A DNA stretch of 64,000 bases from NCBI GenBank assembly GCA_963828125.1, contig CAWHDP010000001.1, forward strand, positions 192,001 to 256,000, in the 5' to 3' direction. The stretch is from an uncultured Chlamydiae bacterium. Its GTDB lineage: Bacteria > Chlamydiota > Chlamydiia > Chlamydiales > SM23-39. Position numbers and translations under genes: made by a program. This document shows positions 46,480 to 56,536 of this stretch, one piece after another. Each line of letters begins with the position of its first letter. The first letter of the stretch is position 1. The notes below the pieces were generated by a model. The model was not told the DNA's origin. It did no database searches and saw only the letters and a program-made list of their open reading frames with translations.

Positions 46480-48606
46480 TTATCTCAATACAGATTTTTC
46501 TTCGAGAACCGCTTTATGGCTGAGCCTAATTTTCCCTTGGTCGCCCACATCGAGTACTTTTACGTCGATTTTATCGCCCTCGCGGAATGGGGTGTCGTGG
46601 ATGTTCTGAACTCTCGTATGGGAGATTTCAGAAATGTGGCAAAGCCCTTCCTTGCCCGGGAAAATTTCGACAAAAAATCCGAACTGCATCACCGAAGTGA
46701 TCCGCCCGTTGTAAATTTTCCCGATCTCCGCCTCAGCGGTGAGGCCGTGGATGATCTCCTTGGCCCGGTTCATCGCATCGGGATTGTTTGAGGCGATACT
46801 TACGAGGCCGGCGTCGTCAATGTCGATCTGAACGCCCGTCTCTTCGATGATCGAGCGGATCATTTTACCGCCTGGGCCGATCACAATGCCGATTTTGCTC
46901 GGTTTGATTTGTATCGTTTCGATCCGGGGGGCGTAAATGGACATCTCCTCTTTGGCTTTCGGGCAGACGGCGAGCATCTTTTGTAGAATATGCTGGCGCC
47001 CCTCTTTGGCTTGATGGAGGGCCTCTTTCATAATGTGGTGGGTGATCCCCTCGACCTTAATGTCCATTTGAAAGGCGGTAATCCCTTTCTCATCGCCGGT
47101 TACTTTAAAATCCATATCGCCGAGGGCGTCTTCAGCGCCGAGAATATCGGAGAGAATGACATGTTCTTTCCCTTCGAGAATGAGTCCCATCGCGATCCCC
47201 GATACAGGGCGCTTCACGGGGACGCCTGCATCCATCAGTGCGAGACAACCTCCGCAGACAGAGGCCATCGAGGAGGAACCGTTCGATTCGGTGATGTTCG
47301 ACTCGAGGCGGATGACGTAGGGGAATTCGTCTTGTTGAGGGAGAATGGCGGCGAGAGCCCTCTCTGCCAACTTGCCGTGGCCCACTTCGCGCCGTCCTGG
47401 CGCGCCGATCCGGCCCACTTCGCCGACTGAAAAGGGGGGGAAGAAGTATTGGAGATAGAACCGCTGGGATCCTTCGCCGTGGAGATCTTCAAAGCGTTGG
47501 GCCGTATTTTCGCCGCCGAGGGTGCAAACGGCGAGCGCCTGGGTCTCGCCGCGGGTGAACAGGGAGCTGCCGTGAGTCCGGGGCAGGATAGATTGCTCTA
47601 TGTCGATGGCGCGGATCTCTTTGAGACCCCGTCCATCGATCCGCTTTTTCTCGGTGAGGATCATTTTACGCATGAGCGAAGATTGTAGGTTTTTATAAGA
47701 CAGAAGGACGTCCGCTTTCGAGTGTTTCGCCTCTTCCCCCTCTGGGATTAATGTCTTGACAACTGTCTCTTTGATTTCGTTCAGAGCTTTTTCCCGCTCT
47801 TGTTTCGAGGAGATCCGGAGGACTGAGTCGAGGAGGGCGGCGGCTGAGTTGTGAACCAAAGCGTTGAGCTCATGGGGAATTTTCCTTAATGTGTCGAGTT
47901 TTTTTGGCTTACCCACTTTTTCTCGCCAGCCGTTCAATTGATGGCAGATCCCCCGAATGGCTTTTTGGCCGAGCTCGATCGATTCAATCACCTGATCTTC
48001 CGTGAGAAAGTCGCAAAATCCTTCGATCATCAAGATGGCGTCTTCAGTTCCGGCCAAGACAAGGTCGAGTTTTGAGGTTTTCATCTCTTCGATGGTCGGA
48101 TTGACGACGAACTGGCCGTTGATGAACCCCATCCGGACGGCGCCGATCGGCTTGACGAGAGGGATGTCGGAGATCACGAGGGCGGCCGAGCTGGCGCAGA
48201 TGGCTAGGACGTCAGGCTGGTGGAGGCCGTCGTAGGAGAAGACATACGAGAGGAGTTGCACCTCGTTGTAATACCCCTCCTCAAACATAGGGCGTAAGGG
48301 GCGGTCGATGAGGCGGCAGGTGAGGATTTCTCTTTCTGAGGGGCGCCCTTCCCGTTTGATGAATCCGCTCGCGGTTTTGCCGACGGACGAATATTTTTCC
48401 TGATAGTCGACGCGGAGCGGAAAGAAATCGATTTCAGCGCTGGCTGTCTCTGCAGCGCAGGCCGAGGCGAAGACGACCGTATCGCCGCAATGGAGCATGA
48501 CCGATCCGTTAGCTTGGCGAGCGATTTTACCGGTTTCGAATTTAAGGGTTTTTTCCCCGACTTGAATTGTGAGAGTTTCACGCTTGATCATTTCTTTCTT
48601 CTCCAT
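46480..48606 (-). CDS. pnp: polyribonucleotide nucleotidyltransferase
   Basis: FFPLRVDY, RLIDRPLRP, RREVGHG, SNGSSSMAS, DMDFKV, KH and S1 domains. Confidence 0.98.
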   Translation of the reverse strand: MEKKEMIKRETLTIQVGEKTLKFETGKIARQANGSVMLHCGDTVVFASACAAETASAEIDFFPLRVDYQEKYSSVGKTASGFIKREGRPSEREILTCRLIDRPLRPMFEEGYYNEVQLLSYVFSYDGLHQPDVLAICASSAALVISDIPLVKPIGAVRMGFINGQFVVNPTIEEMKTSKLDLVLAGTEDAILMIEGFCDFLTEDQVIESIELGQKAIRGICHQLNGWREKVGKPKKLDTLRKIPHELNALVHNSAAALLDSVLRISSKQEREKALNEIKETVVKTLIPEGEEAKHSKADVLLSYKNLQSSLMRKMILTEKKRIDGRGLKEIRAIDIEQSILPRTHGSSLFTRGETQALAVCTLGGENTAQRFEDLHGEGSQRFYLQYFFPPFSVGEVGRIGAPGRREVGHGKLAERALAAILPQQDEFPYVIRLESNITESNGSSSMASVCGGCLALMDAGVPVKRPVSGIAMGLILEGKEHVILSDILGAEDALGDMDFKVTGDEKGITAFQMDIKVEGITHHIMKEALHQAKEGRQHILQKMLAVCPKAKEEMSIYAPRIETIQIKPSKIGIVIGPGGKMIRSIIEETGVQIDIDDAGLVSIASNNPDAMNRAKEIIHGLTAEAEIGKIYNGRITSVMQFGFFVEIFPGKEGLCHISEISHTRVQNIHDTPFREGDKIDVKVLDVGDQGKIRLSHKAVLEEKSVLR

Positions 48607-48640
48607 ATACGTAAGGATGAGAGTGTAAAGAAAAAGCGGT

Positions 48641-48678
48641 TAAAAGACAAGAGCCCCCCACAAAACGTCTGAGGGCTC
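48641..48678 (-). terminator. Rho-independent terminator/attenuator between rpsO and pnp
   Basis: Minus strand hairpin GAGCCCTCA...TGGGGGCTC followed by TTGTCTTTT. Confidence 0.65.
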
Positions 48679-48690
48679 CCGTTTAAAAAA

Positions 48691-48960
48691 TTATTTTCTC
48701 AGGTTCAATCGGACGATCAAGTTTTGATAGCGCTTGGTGTCGGTTGAATTGAGATAGTCGAGAAGCTTGCGCCTTTGGCCCACGAGCTTCAAAAGGGCTA
48801 ACCGCGAACTGTGGTCTTTGGGAGCTAGCTTCAAATGTTCTGTCAACTCAGCAATTCTTTCAGTTAAGATCGCGATCTGGACGTCGGCAGAGCCTGTGTC
48901 TTTTTCGTGCAACTGAAATTTTTTGGTGATCTCTTCCTTGGTACCTTTATCTAAAGACAT
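48691..48960 (-). CDS. rpsO: 30S ribosomal protein S15
   Basis: 89 aa, [13 protein letters not shown]...[12 protein letters not shown]. Confidence 0.98.
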   Translation of the reverse strand: MSLDKGTKEEITKKFQLHEKDTGSADVQIAILTERIAELTEHLKLAPKDHSSRLALLKLVGQRRKLLDYLNSTDTKRYQNLIVRLNLRK

Positions 48961-49109
48961 GGAGCAACGTTCTCCGATTCAAATTTATTTAGGCGTTTTA
49001 AGTTAACCCCATTGTACCGGATTTTGCATAATCGGGCAACTCCGTCGATTTTTCTCCATTGAAAATAGCCCTGTTTGCTATGCTCTCAAATCAAATTTAA
49101 GAGAGGCAA

Positions 49110-49751
49110 ATGGACAATCAATTTCAAGCTTTACAAAACTGGACCTTCGAGGTTCTGAGTGCGATTAAAAAAGATATTAAGAGCGATCGTCTTCATACGG
49201 ATCCAATTTTTTACCGGGCCAATTTCGGCAACCGGCCTCAAAACCGGCTGACGGCGGAAGAAATTTTTGCCGCTTATGAAAAGGAGCTCTTAAAAGGGAA
49301 CAACGAGCTGGCTGAATGGGTCGTGAGCCGGTGGATTTTTAAACATGGCGATCTTTATAACCACTTTGCTGAGCGGCTGAGCGAGGTCAATCCCGACTTC
49401 AATGAGATCAAACAGCTGACCGAGGAAGAGAGTCGCCGGATCCTCGACGGCGCCGCGGAGAGCTTTGGCGCGATTCCGACGTTTATTTTTTCCCTTCTCA
49501 ACGGGGTTGTTTTTCCTCAATCGATCCTCGATGAGCTCCAGAAAGGGGCTGAAGCGGAGAGGGCGCTTCTTGAAAGACGGGCTGAATCTAACATTGAACA
49601 GCAGAGCTTGGAAAAGGTGATTGCCTCCCACCAGAGGGAAGTGGGCCGATTGAACGACAAAATTTTGGGAGTCCAAAAGAAGTATGAGAGGGACACCGAG
49701 GCGCTAAAAAAACAAATTAAAGGTTTGCAGCAGAAGCTCAATGCAAGATGA
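49110..49751 (+). CDS. conserved hypothetical protein with C-terminal coiled coil
   Basis: 213 aa, GAGG SD, coupled to tadA. Confidence 0.8.
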   Translation: MDNQFQALQNWTFEVLSAIKKDIKSDRLHTDPIFYRANFGNRPQNRLTAEEIFAAYEKELLKGNNELAEWVVSRWIFKHGDLYNHFAERLSEVNPDFNEIKQLTEEESRRILDGAAESFGAIPTFIFSLLNGVVFPQSILDELQKGAEAERALLERRAESNIEQQSLEKVIASHQREVGRLNDKILGVQKKYERDTEALKKQIKGLQQKLNAR

Positions 49752-50214
49752 GTTGTTCATGCGCGAGGCGCTGAAGGAGGCTCAAAAGGCCTGGAGACAA
49801 GATGAGGTTCCCGTGGGCGCCGTGTTGGTTTGCGGCAACCGGGTCATCGCCCGCGGCCACAACCAAGTGGAGCTGCTCCAAGATGCGACGGCCCATGCGG
49901 AGATGATCTGTCTTTCCGCAGGGGCGGGCGCGCTTCAGAATTGGCGGCTCTCCGATACGACTCTCTATTGCACCCTCGAACCATGCTGCATGTGCGCGGG
50001 GGCCCTCCTTGCAGCCCGCGTTCAGCGGCTTGTCTGGGGTGCGCCAGACCTTCGGGTTGGCGCCAATGGGAGTTGGATCGATCTATTCAAAAAAGAACAC
50101 CCGATGCATACTCTCGAAATCACGCCGCGTGTTTTAGAGGCCGAGGCGGCGGAGCTTATGAGGAGCTTTTTTCAAAAGCAGAGGAGCAAAAAAAATGGTC
50201 GATCTGATGGATGA
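49741..50214 (+). CDS. tadA: tRNA-specific adenosine deaminase
   Basis: EVPVGAV, HAE, TLEPCCMC. Confidence 0.95.
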   Translation: MQDELFMREALKEAQKAWRQDEVPVGAVLVCGNRVIARGHNQVELLQDATAHAEMICLSAGAGALQNWRLSDTTLYCTLEPCCMCAGALLAARVQRLVWGAPDLRVGANGSWIDLFKKEHPMHTLEITPRVLEAEAAELMRSFFQKQRSKKNGRSDG

Positions 50215-50407
50215 ACTCATCGAAGGGCAGAGGAAGAAGGTCTTTGCCGTAGCGCGCCGGATCGTTCCTCGAATGACGGAGGAAGATCTCTTGCAGCCGA
50301 ACGATTTTCCTGAACTCGAACTCCACCCCCATTTTCGGTTTGAAGAGGGGATTCTCGACGGACTCCGGATGGCCAGAATGGCTATTTTGGCAGCTCTTCC
50401 ACGTTAA
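50195..50407 (+). CDS. small conserved chlamydial hypothetical protein
   Basis: DLLQPNDFPELE.HP.FRFEEG motif; located after tadA as I recall for Chlamydia. Confidence 0.75.
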   Translation: MVDLMDELIEGQRKKVFAVARRIVPRMTEEDLLQPNDFPELELHPHFRFEEGILDGLRMARMAILAALPR

Positions 50408-51146
50408 TCTGGTGCCGAATCACCGTCTTGCCGTGGTTGCCATGCCAGTGCAAGATGAGCGCCTCTCTGTTTTCTTCTCGCATGCGGCTCCAGTTGTAGA
50501 GGGGAGAGATCTCTGAAACGGGGATCTTTTTTTCGTTGATTTGGTGAGAGAAAACCTCTTGATCGCCAATGAAAAGATGGCTCTCTTGGATGCAGCGGTT
50601 TGCCCACTCGATGATCGCCTCGGCCCCGCGCCGAAAGGCGACGACTCCGGTGTTAAACATCGGATAAGAGACGCCGGGGGGCCATTCGTGCTGGTCGAGC
50701 GCGATGCCGATGCCGGAGGGGTTATCTGCATGGCAGAGGAGCGGATCTACGGAACCCCGTATTTCGCAGTCGAGATCGAGCCAGAGGGTGGTCTGAAAAG
50801 GGGTCTGTAGGAAGGCGAGCGGCTTTTTAAACCAGGCGGCTCTGCAGCCCCAAATATGGGTCCCGCACTCCCTCTCCCAAGCGCGGAGCGTATCTGGATC
50901 GATTTCGGAGGCCTCTTTGACAAAATCTGCAAAGACCCGGAGCGGAATGAGCTCTCCCCTCTCCTTGCACCACGCTTTTTTCTGAAAAGACATCCCAAAA
51001 TCGACGAAGGCGACGGGCATGCTGTTGTGTTGGGCATACCGCGTCCACCACCAGGGAAGGAGCCATTCCTGCGAAATATCCGCTCCGACGATGATCCCAT
51101 TCTCATTTTTAAGCCCCGAAGAGCGCCACTTTAGAAAGGTTTCCAT
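50382..51146 (-). CDS. GT-A fold glycosyltransferase-like protein
   Basis: WFKKP, TLWLDLDCE (DxD), FNTGVV, GDQE, YNW, ILHWHG. Confidence 0.75.
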   Translation of the reverse strand: METFLKWRSSGLKNENGIIVGADISQEWLLPWWWTRYAQHNSMPVAFVDFGMSFQKKAWCKERGELIPLRVFADFVKEASEIDPDTLRAWERECGTHIWGCRAAWFKKPLAFLQTPFQTTLWLDLDCEIRGSVDPLLCHADNPSGIGIALDQHEWPPGVSYPMFNTGVVAFRRGAEAIIEWANRCIQESHLFIGDQEVFSHQINEKKIPVSEISPLYNWSRMREENREALILHWHGNHGKTVIRHQINVEELPK

Positions 51147-51200
51147 GGTATGGAGTCTATTTCTTTTGACAAAAAAAATCCGCTAAAATACTAAGAAGAT

Positions 51201-53084
51201 ATGTCTCCTTGCTACGATCCCTTCGATCAATGGAATCGGATGGATAATTATTTTAAGGATTTTTTTTTACAAAACAGCGGTCTTGATTGTAAAATCAAAC
51301 ACAAAATCAAACGTTTTTTGTTTCAATATTTGACCAAAGTGGCAAATATTGATCGGAGAGACGCGGCCCGTTGGGGCAGAGATATCTCCCCTTGGCGCTC
51401 CCAAGGGCGGAATGATTATCACCGGGATTATAGAAACGATAACCCTCTTTTAAAAATCGTCGAATTTGAGATTTTACGGATCATGGGGCTGAATCGACGG
51501 GAGATCCTTTTACTGAATGATCAGGAGTTGCCCGAAGAATACAAAAAATATGAGGGAGTGTGCCGGGGACAGAGATATTTGGCCATTCCGGCAAGCGGGG
51601 ACTATGAACAGTTTTTGGATTTTGTGACTCAGAGAGGGTATACCCCGTCGCTGCATGAGGCTTTGGACTCCGCGATTTGCCTGGAGCTCGACATGCCCAA
51701 TACAGGCTATCGATTTCCGGAAAAAGAGCCTTTTCTGGGGACGTTCGATCTATTCCTCCGCCATTCGACTTTCTCTGCCTTGAAACAATTTGCCAAATCG
51801 GATTTTTCTGTCTCTGTCGTGGTCGATTTGTTGGAAGGGTTTTCTTCGATAGATCTCGATCTGGCTTTCCGTGAAAAAGGGATTACCGCGCTACTACAAG
51901 ATTCTATCGGGAGAGTTCTCTATTATTCCAACAAATTAATGCGGCTTAGCTTTGCAGCCTATTCAGACGTCCATCCGTTTGAAAACTGCCTAGAGCTCAT
52001 TTACGAAGAGATGATTTTTTGGTTGATGATGGCCGAATCCTACGTGCCAGGCGAACTAGAAAAATCCATTCAGCAAACCCTTCTTCAACCTGCTTTTTTC
52101 CGGACGACGAAGACCGGAATGACTGCGTTTTCGGAAATCCTCTCGTGCTTGCTCAAGGAGGACAGTACGATCCTTTATTACGACGATTATTATAGGGAGT
52201 GCGTCGCCCTGCTAAAAAAACGGCCCTCCTATCCGATCGAATTTCCCGATTATGGTCAGTCTTTGAAAAAGACCCTTGAAAAGCTCCAAGGGAAAAAAAT
52301 CGACTGTTTATTTGTCAGTTTTCGGAACAATTTTCTCCCTGGTAAATTGAAAACAGCAAGGCACGACGTCCGATCGATTCTGACAGAGCTGAAGCGGCAC
52401 ATTTCCTCCGATTTTACCCTCGTGATGGACAACACGATCGGTTTTCTCCGCTCCGATGAGACGAACGAGGTGATCAACCTCTTTCCCGAACTTAATATCG
52501 TCATTTTTTGGAGCCACCAAAAATTCGATCTCTTCGGGATCGATAAATTCAGCGGCGGCAGTTACGCAGTGTATAGCAGAAGCGAGCCTCTCCTTGCCTG
52601 TTTTCGGGGGGTGCGGGGAGGGGAGATCGATTCTCTGAGCCGGCAAGGGTTGAGCCACTTCTTCAAATACGGCGTGGACAAACTCGAGGAGCGGAGGCGG
52701 CAGATTTTCTCGAATACCCTCTATGTTTATGAGCGGATTGATCCCCAGATAGAAGGGCTCGTCGAAAAGGGGGATCCGATCGATTTTAGCGTAGATATTC
52801 TTCGGCCGACTGACAACGATCAAGAGATCGCCGTCCATCGGGAGTTTGAGAAATTAGGCGTTCCCCTGATCGCCCGCCCCAGTTTCGGATTCAACATCAC
52901 AACTTCCAGCCATTTTGGCCACCACGGACTCCGTTTTTCTATTGGGATCGAAGATCGGAGGTTTTTAGATCTATTTATCCGCGCTTTCAATGCGATCTTT
53001 TCGGTAAAGCCAGTAGCATCTGAACGGATTGGCGAAGTGATCGATGTACACTTGGATCGAACCCGAATCGATATGGGTCAATAG
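51201..53084 (+). CDS. hypothetical protein with a C-terminal PLP-dependent Cys/Met-metabolism (trans-sulfuration-like) domain
   Basis: TGMTAF, VMDNT, WSHQKF (PLP Lys), SFGF, LRFSIGIED occur in the order expected for the CGS/CBL/MGL family. Confidence 0.65.
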   Translation: MSPCYDPFDQWNRMDNYFKDFFLQNSGLDCKIKHKIKRFLFQYLTKVANIDRRDAARWGRDISPWRSQGRNDYHRDYRNDNPLLKIVEFEILRIMGLNRREILLLNDQELPEEYKKYEGVCRGQRYLAIPASGDYEQFLDFVTQRGYTPSLHEALDSAICLELDMPNTGYRFPEKEPFLGTFDLFLRHSTFSALKQFAKSDFSVSVVVDLLEGFSSIDLDLAFREKGITALLQDSIGRVLYYSNKLMRLSFAAYSDVHPFENCLELIYEEMIFWLMMAESYVPGELEKSIQQTLLQPAFFRTTKTGMTAFSEILSCLLKEDSTILYYDDYYRECVALLKKRPSYPIEFPDYGQSLKKTLEKLQGKKIDCLFVSFRNNFLPGKLKTARHDVRSILTELKRHISSDFTLVMDNTIGFLRSDETNEVINLFPELNIVIFWSHQKFDLFGIDKFSGGSYAVYSRSEPLLACFRGVRGGEIDSLSRQGLSHFFKYGVDKLEERRRQIFSNTLYVYERIDPQIEGLVEKGDPIDFSVDILRPTDNDQEIAVHREFEKLGVPLIARPSFGFNITTSSHFGHHGLRFSIGIEDRRFLDLFIRAFNAIFSVKPVASERIGEVIDVHLDRTRIDMGQ

Positions 53085-53615
53085 GGGATCCATTAATTTG
53101 TGGTAATGGTAGATCGATCTCCGGTAGGAGTACTGTTCAAAGACTGTTTGGGAATGGGGGGAGCAACAATCCCGAAAAAATAGATGCCCCCCTATTTTGA
53201 GCCAATTTGAAATTTTATGGGCTATCCTGGCAAACTCTCCATCGTCTAAATACATGAAAAATCCACTGACAAAAATAAGGTCAAAACAGTTTTTTGGGAA
53301 ATCGACCGTTTTGGCGTCCGCGCAGAGGTAGACAATGTTCGAAAATTGGGCATTATGTTTTTTGTTGCACTCGATGAATTGTGGAACGAAATCCAGGGCC
53401 GTTACGGAGCCTGCTTTCTTCGCGAATTCTGTGGTGAAGCGGCCTATTCCTGCCCCGAGGTCCAATACATTCATCCCAATAAAGGGGGGGATGCGGCTCA
53501 TCACCTCCGGGCGCTCTAGACGGTCGATCTCGACAGCCCCCTCTCTGAGGAGCATGTTCTCTATGACCGGGTCTCTCCCTTTCCAAAAATCCTCAATTTG
53601 GCCCATATTCCGCAT
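52971..53615 (-). CDS. SAM-dependent methyltransferase resembling domain 1 of eukaryotic phosphoethanolamine N-methyltransferase
   Basis: ERPEVMSRIPP..G..VLDLGAGIGRFT.EFAKKAG.V.ALDF; DLIF...FMYL.D; W.K.GG..FFRDCC. Confidence 0.75.
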   Translation of the reverse strand: MRNMGQIEDFWKGRDPVIENMLLREGAVEIDRLERPEVMSRIPPFIGMNVLDLGAGIGRFTTEFAKKAGSVTALDFVPQFIECNKKHNAQFSNIVYLCADAKTVDFPKNCFDLIFVSGFFMYLDDGEFARIAHKISNWLKIGGHLFFRDCCSPHSQTVFEQYSYRRSIYHYHKLMDPLLTHIDSGSIQVYIDHFANPFRCYWLYRKDRIESADK

Positions 53616-53772
53616 CTTAGCGGTTATCCCATTTTTTCTGTTAAACTGGACGTTTGCAATTTAAATTGTTGATATACAGCATATTACGATTTAAAAGCTT
53701 ATTTTATTATTTACTTTTTAAATTTTTTGTGTTAAAATTATGTATATAATAATATAAAATTTGAGGTTTGCA

Positions 53773-54606
53773 ATGTGTTCAGGTGTGAATACTTATTATT
53801 ATCAATTAGGATCTGGGAATGTGGGGGATAACCCATACGACAACAATCCAACTTTTGAACAGATTGCCGACGCAGCTTATGAAGCCGCATATGTCTTCAA
53901 CAACCATCCGAACGCGTCCAGCGCCCTCTCTTATATGCAGGCTCTGACTGCTTTAGATAAATATTTAACGGCTAATCCTCCGCCCGCAGGATCTATAGGA
54001 GCTGCTTTACTCAATGACTTGAACACAGTGACGCCGAACCAAGGACAAACGTTGGCTCAAATGTGTGCAAATCCGTATGTGAATGGCAATATTCAGTATT
54101 TAGTCGATCATTCAAACATTTCTGCCGTATCTAATTTCTTTCAAGATGTGTATAATGTAAATAATTCATATGTAGACAAGAACAAGCCTGGGTTTGATAG
54201 AATACAACAAGATATTTTGGATATCATATCCTACATTAAAATCTATAATCAGGACGCTAGTGCAAAAACTCCAGATCCAGAACGTCTACAAACCTGCGCG
54301 ATCGCGATCTCGCGGGCGTTGTTTGAATTCAATTATCATGTGGCGGAATTTGGCGGAGTTCAAGATGGGTTTTTAACTATTTTATTAACGCAATTGGGTT
54401 GCGGCGCTTCGACAGATCCTCAGTCGCCTTCTCTATTTTCTTTAGCTTCAGCGGAAGCCCAGAATCCTTTGGATCCCACTGCGACGGCCAATTTTCTAGC
54501 TGCGTTGAACTCGATGGGTGAAAATAGCGCTAGCGGCGGATCGCTGTTAGAGCTCTTCGAAAAGAGCTATACGGAAGAATGGGGCTCTCTTCCTAACTCT
54601 GCATAG
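53773..54606 (+). CDS. AT-rich hypothetical protein (N/A/S-rich)
   Basis: About 277-aa ORF, GAGGT SD, very AT-rich upstream region. Confidence 0.7.
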   Translation: MCSGVNTYYYQLGSGNVGDNPYDNNPTFEQIADAAYEAAYVFNNHPNASSALSYMQALTALDKYLTANPPPAGSIGAALLNDLNTVTPNQGQTLAQMCANPYVNGNIQYLVDHSNISAVSNFFQDVYNVNNSYVDKNKPGFDRIQQDILDIISYIKIYNQDASAKTPDPERLQTCAIAISRALFEFNYHVAEFGGVQDGFLTILLTQLGCGASTDPQSPSLFSLASAEAQNPLDPTATANFLAALNSMGENSASGGSLLELFEKSYTEEWGSLPNSA

Positions 54607-56536
54607 TGTATCTGAGATTTCTCTTTCCGATCGAGGCGTTCGTGATCAGCGGGCAGTCGCAAAGGGAGAGGATCATCAGATCCGGGTTGGCCTCAATGAC
54701 CGTTTGAAGTCCATGGTCTGTGACCCTGTGAAGTCCTGACAACGCCAGGGTATTTAAGTTTTTCTGCCCTTTTGCAAGGCATGCCAAATCGTCGTCGGAC
54801 GTCTCGGTAGAGCCGAGATGCAATATCTGCAGTGAGGGTAATTTTGCGATCCACTCCATCTTCAATTTCGGGCAATCTATCACATTTAAATGAATGAGGT
54901 GTGCCGCGTTTTCCCATCCAGCTCCGGTGATCTCGTCGATCCCATTTAAAAACAGTTTTTCTATTCTTGGGCAATGGCGAAAAACGGATCCGACTCCCCG
55001 ATCTGTGACTAATAAACAATGCGATAAGGAGAGTGCTGAAAGGTCGGGGTTGTTTTTACAAATCTCATCTAGTCCAGCATCGTCGATTTTCAACGAATGG
55101 CTCAAATTCAATTCGAGCGGGGCCCCTTTTTTTTCAACGGGCCGCTCCGAATAAAACCTCTCTAAATCGGCAAAAAAGGACTCTGTCTTCTCTCTCAGAT
55201 TCGTCCCTTCTCCGATCCGGTTGACCTTTTCCTCTGGGTCGGCGTCCAAGTCATACAACTCCTCGCCGCTTGTCTGAACCAAATATTTCCAATTCCCATC
55301 GCGGCACCCCCGAATGGGAGTATCGAAGGGATGGCTGAAAAAAATGGGAGCGCTGGAGGGTCTGAGGAGGCTTTTGCCGAGACTAGGATGGGGATCGGAA
55401 ATCCCCAATAGATCGGCTACTGTGGGCAAGAGATCGATCTGGGACGAGATGGTGTCCACTCTTCGGGCTCTTTGCATTCTTCCCTCAGCATAGATCAAAA
55501 GGGGGACATGGACATTGTCCTGGAAGAGGTGCCGGTTGATCTCGAAATGGGGATCCCTGTCTTCGAGTTCTTGGCCGTGGTCTCCAAAGATGAACAAAAT
55601 GCTTTTTCCCAGAAGACGCCGTTTTTTCAGCTCTTCGATGAGCAATCCGAGAGCCCAGTCAGTGTAGGCGAAGGTGTTAAGAAAACCCCGTTGCTGGTTG
55701 GGGGTTGTCCATGGGTGGTGGTTGGTGATGGTATAGAGGTTTAAAAAAGTGGGCTCCGTCTGTTTGTTCAGCCAACCGGCGGCAAACGGCATGAGATGTT
55801 CGTCGTGAGCTCCCCAGCTGGTCCCGTGCTGGGGGAGATCCCGTTTGCCCAAGATAGTTGTGAACCCCTGTTTTCCAAAGAATTCGGCCTCATTGTCAAA
55901 GGCGGTCGATCCCCCTTGAATGAGCGCTGAGCGGTAGCCGCGGCGGCTGAGTAGCTGAGGGAGGCCGGTGAGGGATAGGTTGGCGTAGTGGCGTAAGTGA
56001 CAGGGCTCATGGGCGGGCGGTACGCCGAAGAGCGAAGCGATGATGGCCCGGTTGGTCAGATTGCCGGTCGAGTGGAAATTTGTAAAGAGGATCCCTTTTT
56101 CAGCGAGGGCGTCGAAGTGGGGGCTTAAGGGGAGTTTTGCGCCGAGACAGCCGACGTTTTTAGCGCGGAAGGATTCAAGGACGATGAAGAGGATATGGGG
56201 GTTGTCCTCTGCGGGAATATGGAATAAGGGGGGGCTGCGGCTATGGCGGCTGGATAGGGGGAACGAGGCGGCAATTGGGTTTTTGCGGCGGATTTCCCGG
56301 TAGGCTGTCAGGAAGGGATGGGGCCATGGGGCGAAAAAGATGAGGGCGAGGGCTGCCCAAGGGAAAAACAAGAGGAGGGCGGTCGCGAGGGCAAAGGGGG
56401 GGATGAGCCATTTTCCTGAGCTGAAAAAACTGGCTGGATGGCGAAGGAGGGAAAAATGGGACGGTTTGAGACGAATGCGAAAACGGAGCCATAGGAGGAG
56501 ATCGGTGAGGCAGTAGAGAGAGAGGAAAAAAATCAT
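54593..56536 (-). CDS. LTA-synthase/sulfatase-family protein fused to C-terminal F-box-type (LRR_CC) leucine-rich repeats
   Basis: HILFIVLESFR, GNLTNRA, NHHPW, GDHG, SQIDLLPT; repeats such as LSALSLSHCLLVTDRGV, LALSGLHRVTDHGL, LSLCDCPLITNASI. Confidence 0.8.
   Translation of the reverse strand: MIFFLSLYCLTDLLLWLRFRIRLKPSHFSLLRHPASFFSSGKWLIPPFALATALLLFFPWAALALIFFAPWPHPFLTAYREIRRKNPIAASFPLSSRHSRSPPLFHIPAEDNPHILFIVLESFRAKNVGCLGAKLPLSPHFDALAEKGILFTNFHSTGNLTNRAIIASLFGVPPAHEPCHLRHYANLSLTGLPQLLSRRGYRSALIQGGSTAFDNEAEFFGKQGFTTILGKRDLPQHGTSWGAHDEHLMPFAAGWLNKQTEPTFLNLYTITNHHPWTTPNQQRGFLNTFAYTDWALGLLIEELKKRRLLGKSILFIFGDHGQELEDRDPHFEINRHLFQDNVHVPLLIYAEGRMQRARRVDTISSQIDLLPTVADLLGISDPHPSLGKSLLRPSSAPIFFSHPFDTPIRGCRDGNWKYLVQTSGEELYDLDADPEEKVNRIGEGTNLREKTESFFADLERFYSERPVEKKGAPLELNLSHSLKIDDAGLDEICKNNPDLSALSLSHCLLVTDRGVGSVFRHCPRIEKLFLNGIDEITGAGWENAAHLIHLNVIDCPKLKMEWIAKLPSLQILHLGSTETSDDDLACLAKGQKNLNTLALSGLHRVTDHGLQTVIEANPDLMILSLCDCPLITNASIGKRNLRYTMQS

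Noticed and set aside
48961..49109. S15 autoregulatory leader or sRNA
   Set aside because: Plausible by position, but I could not identify a convincing structure.
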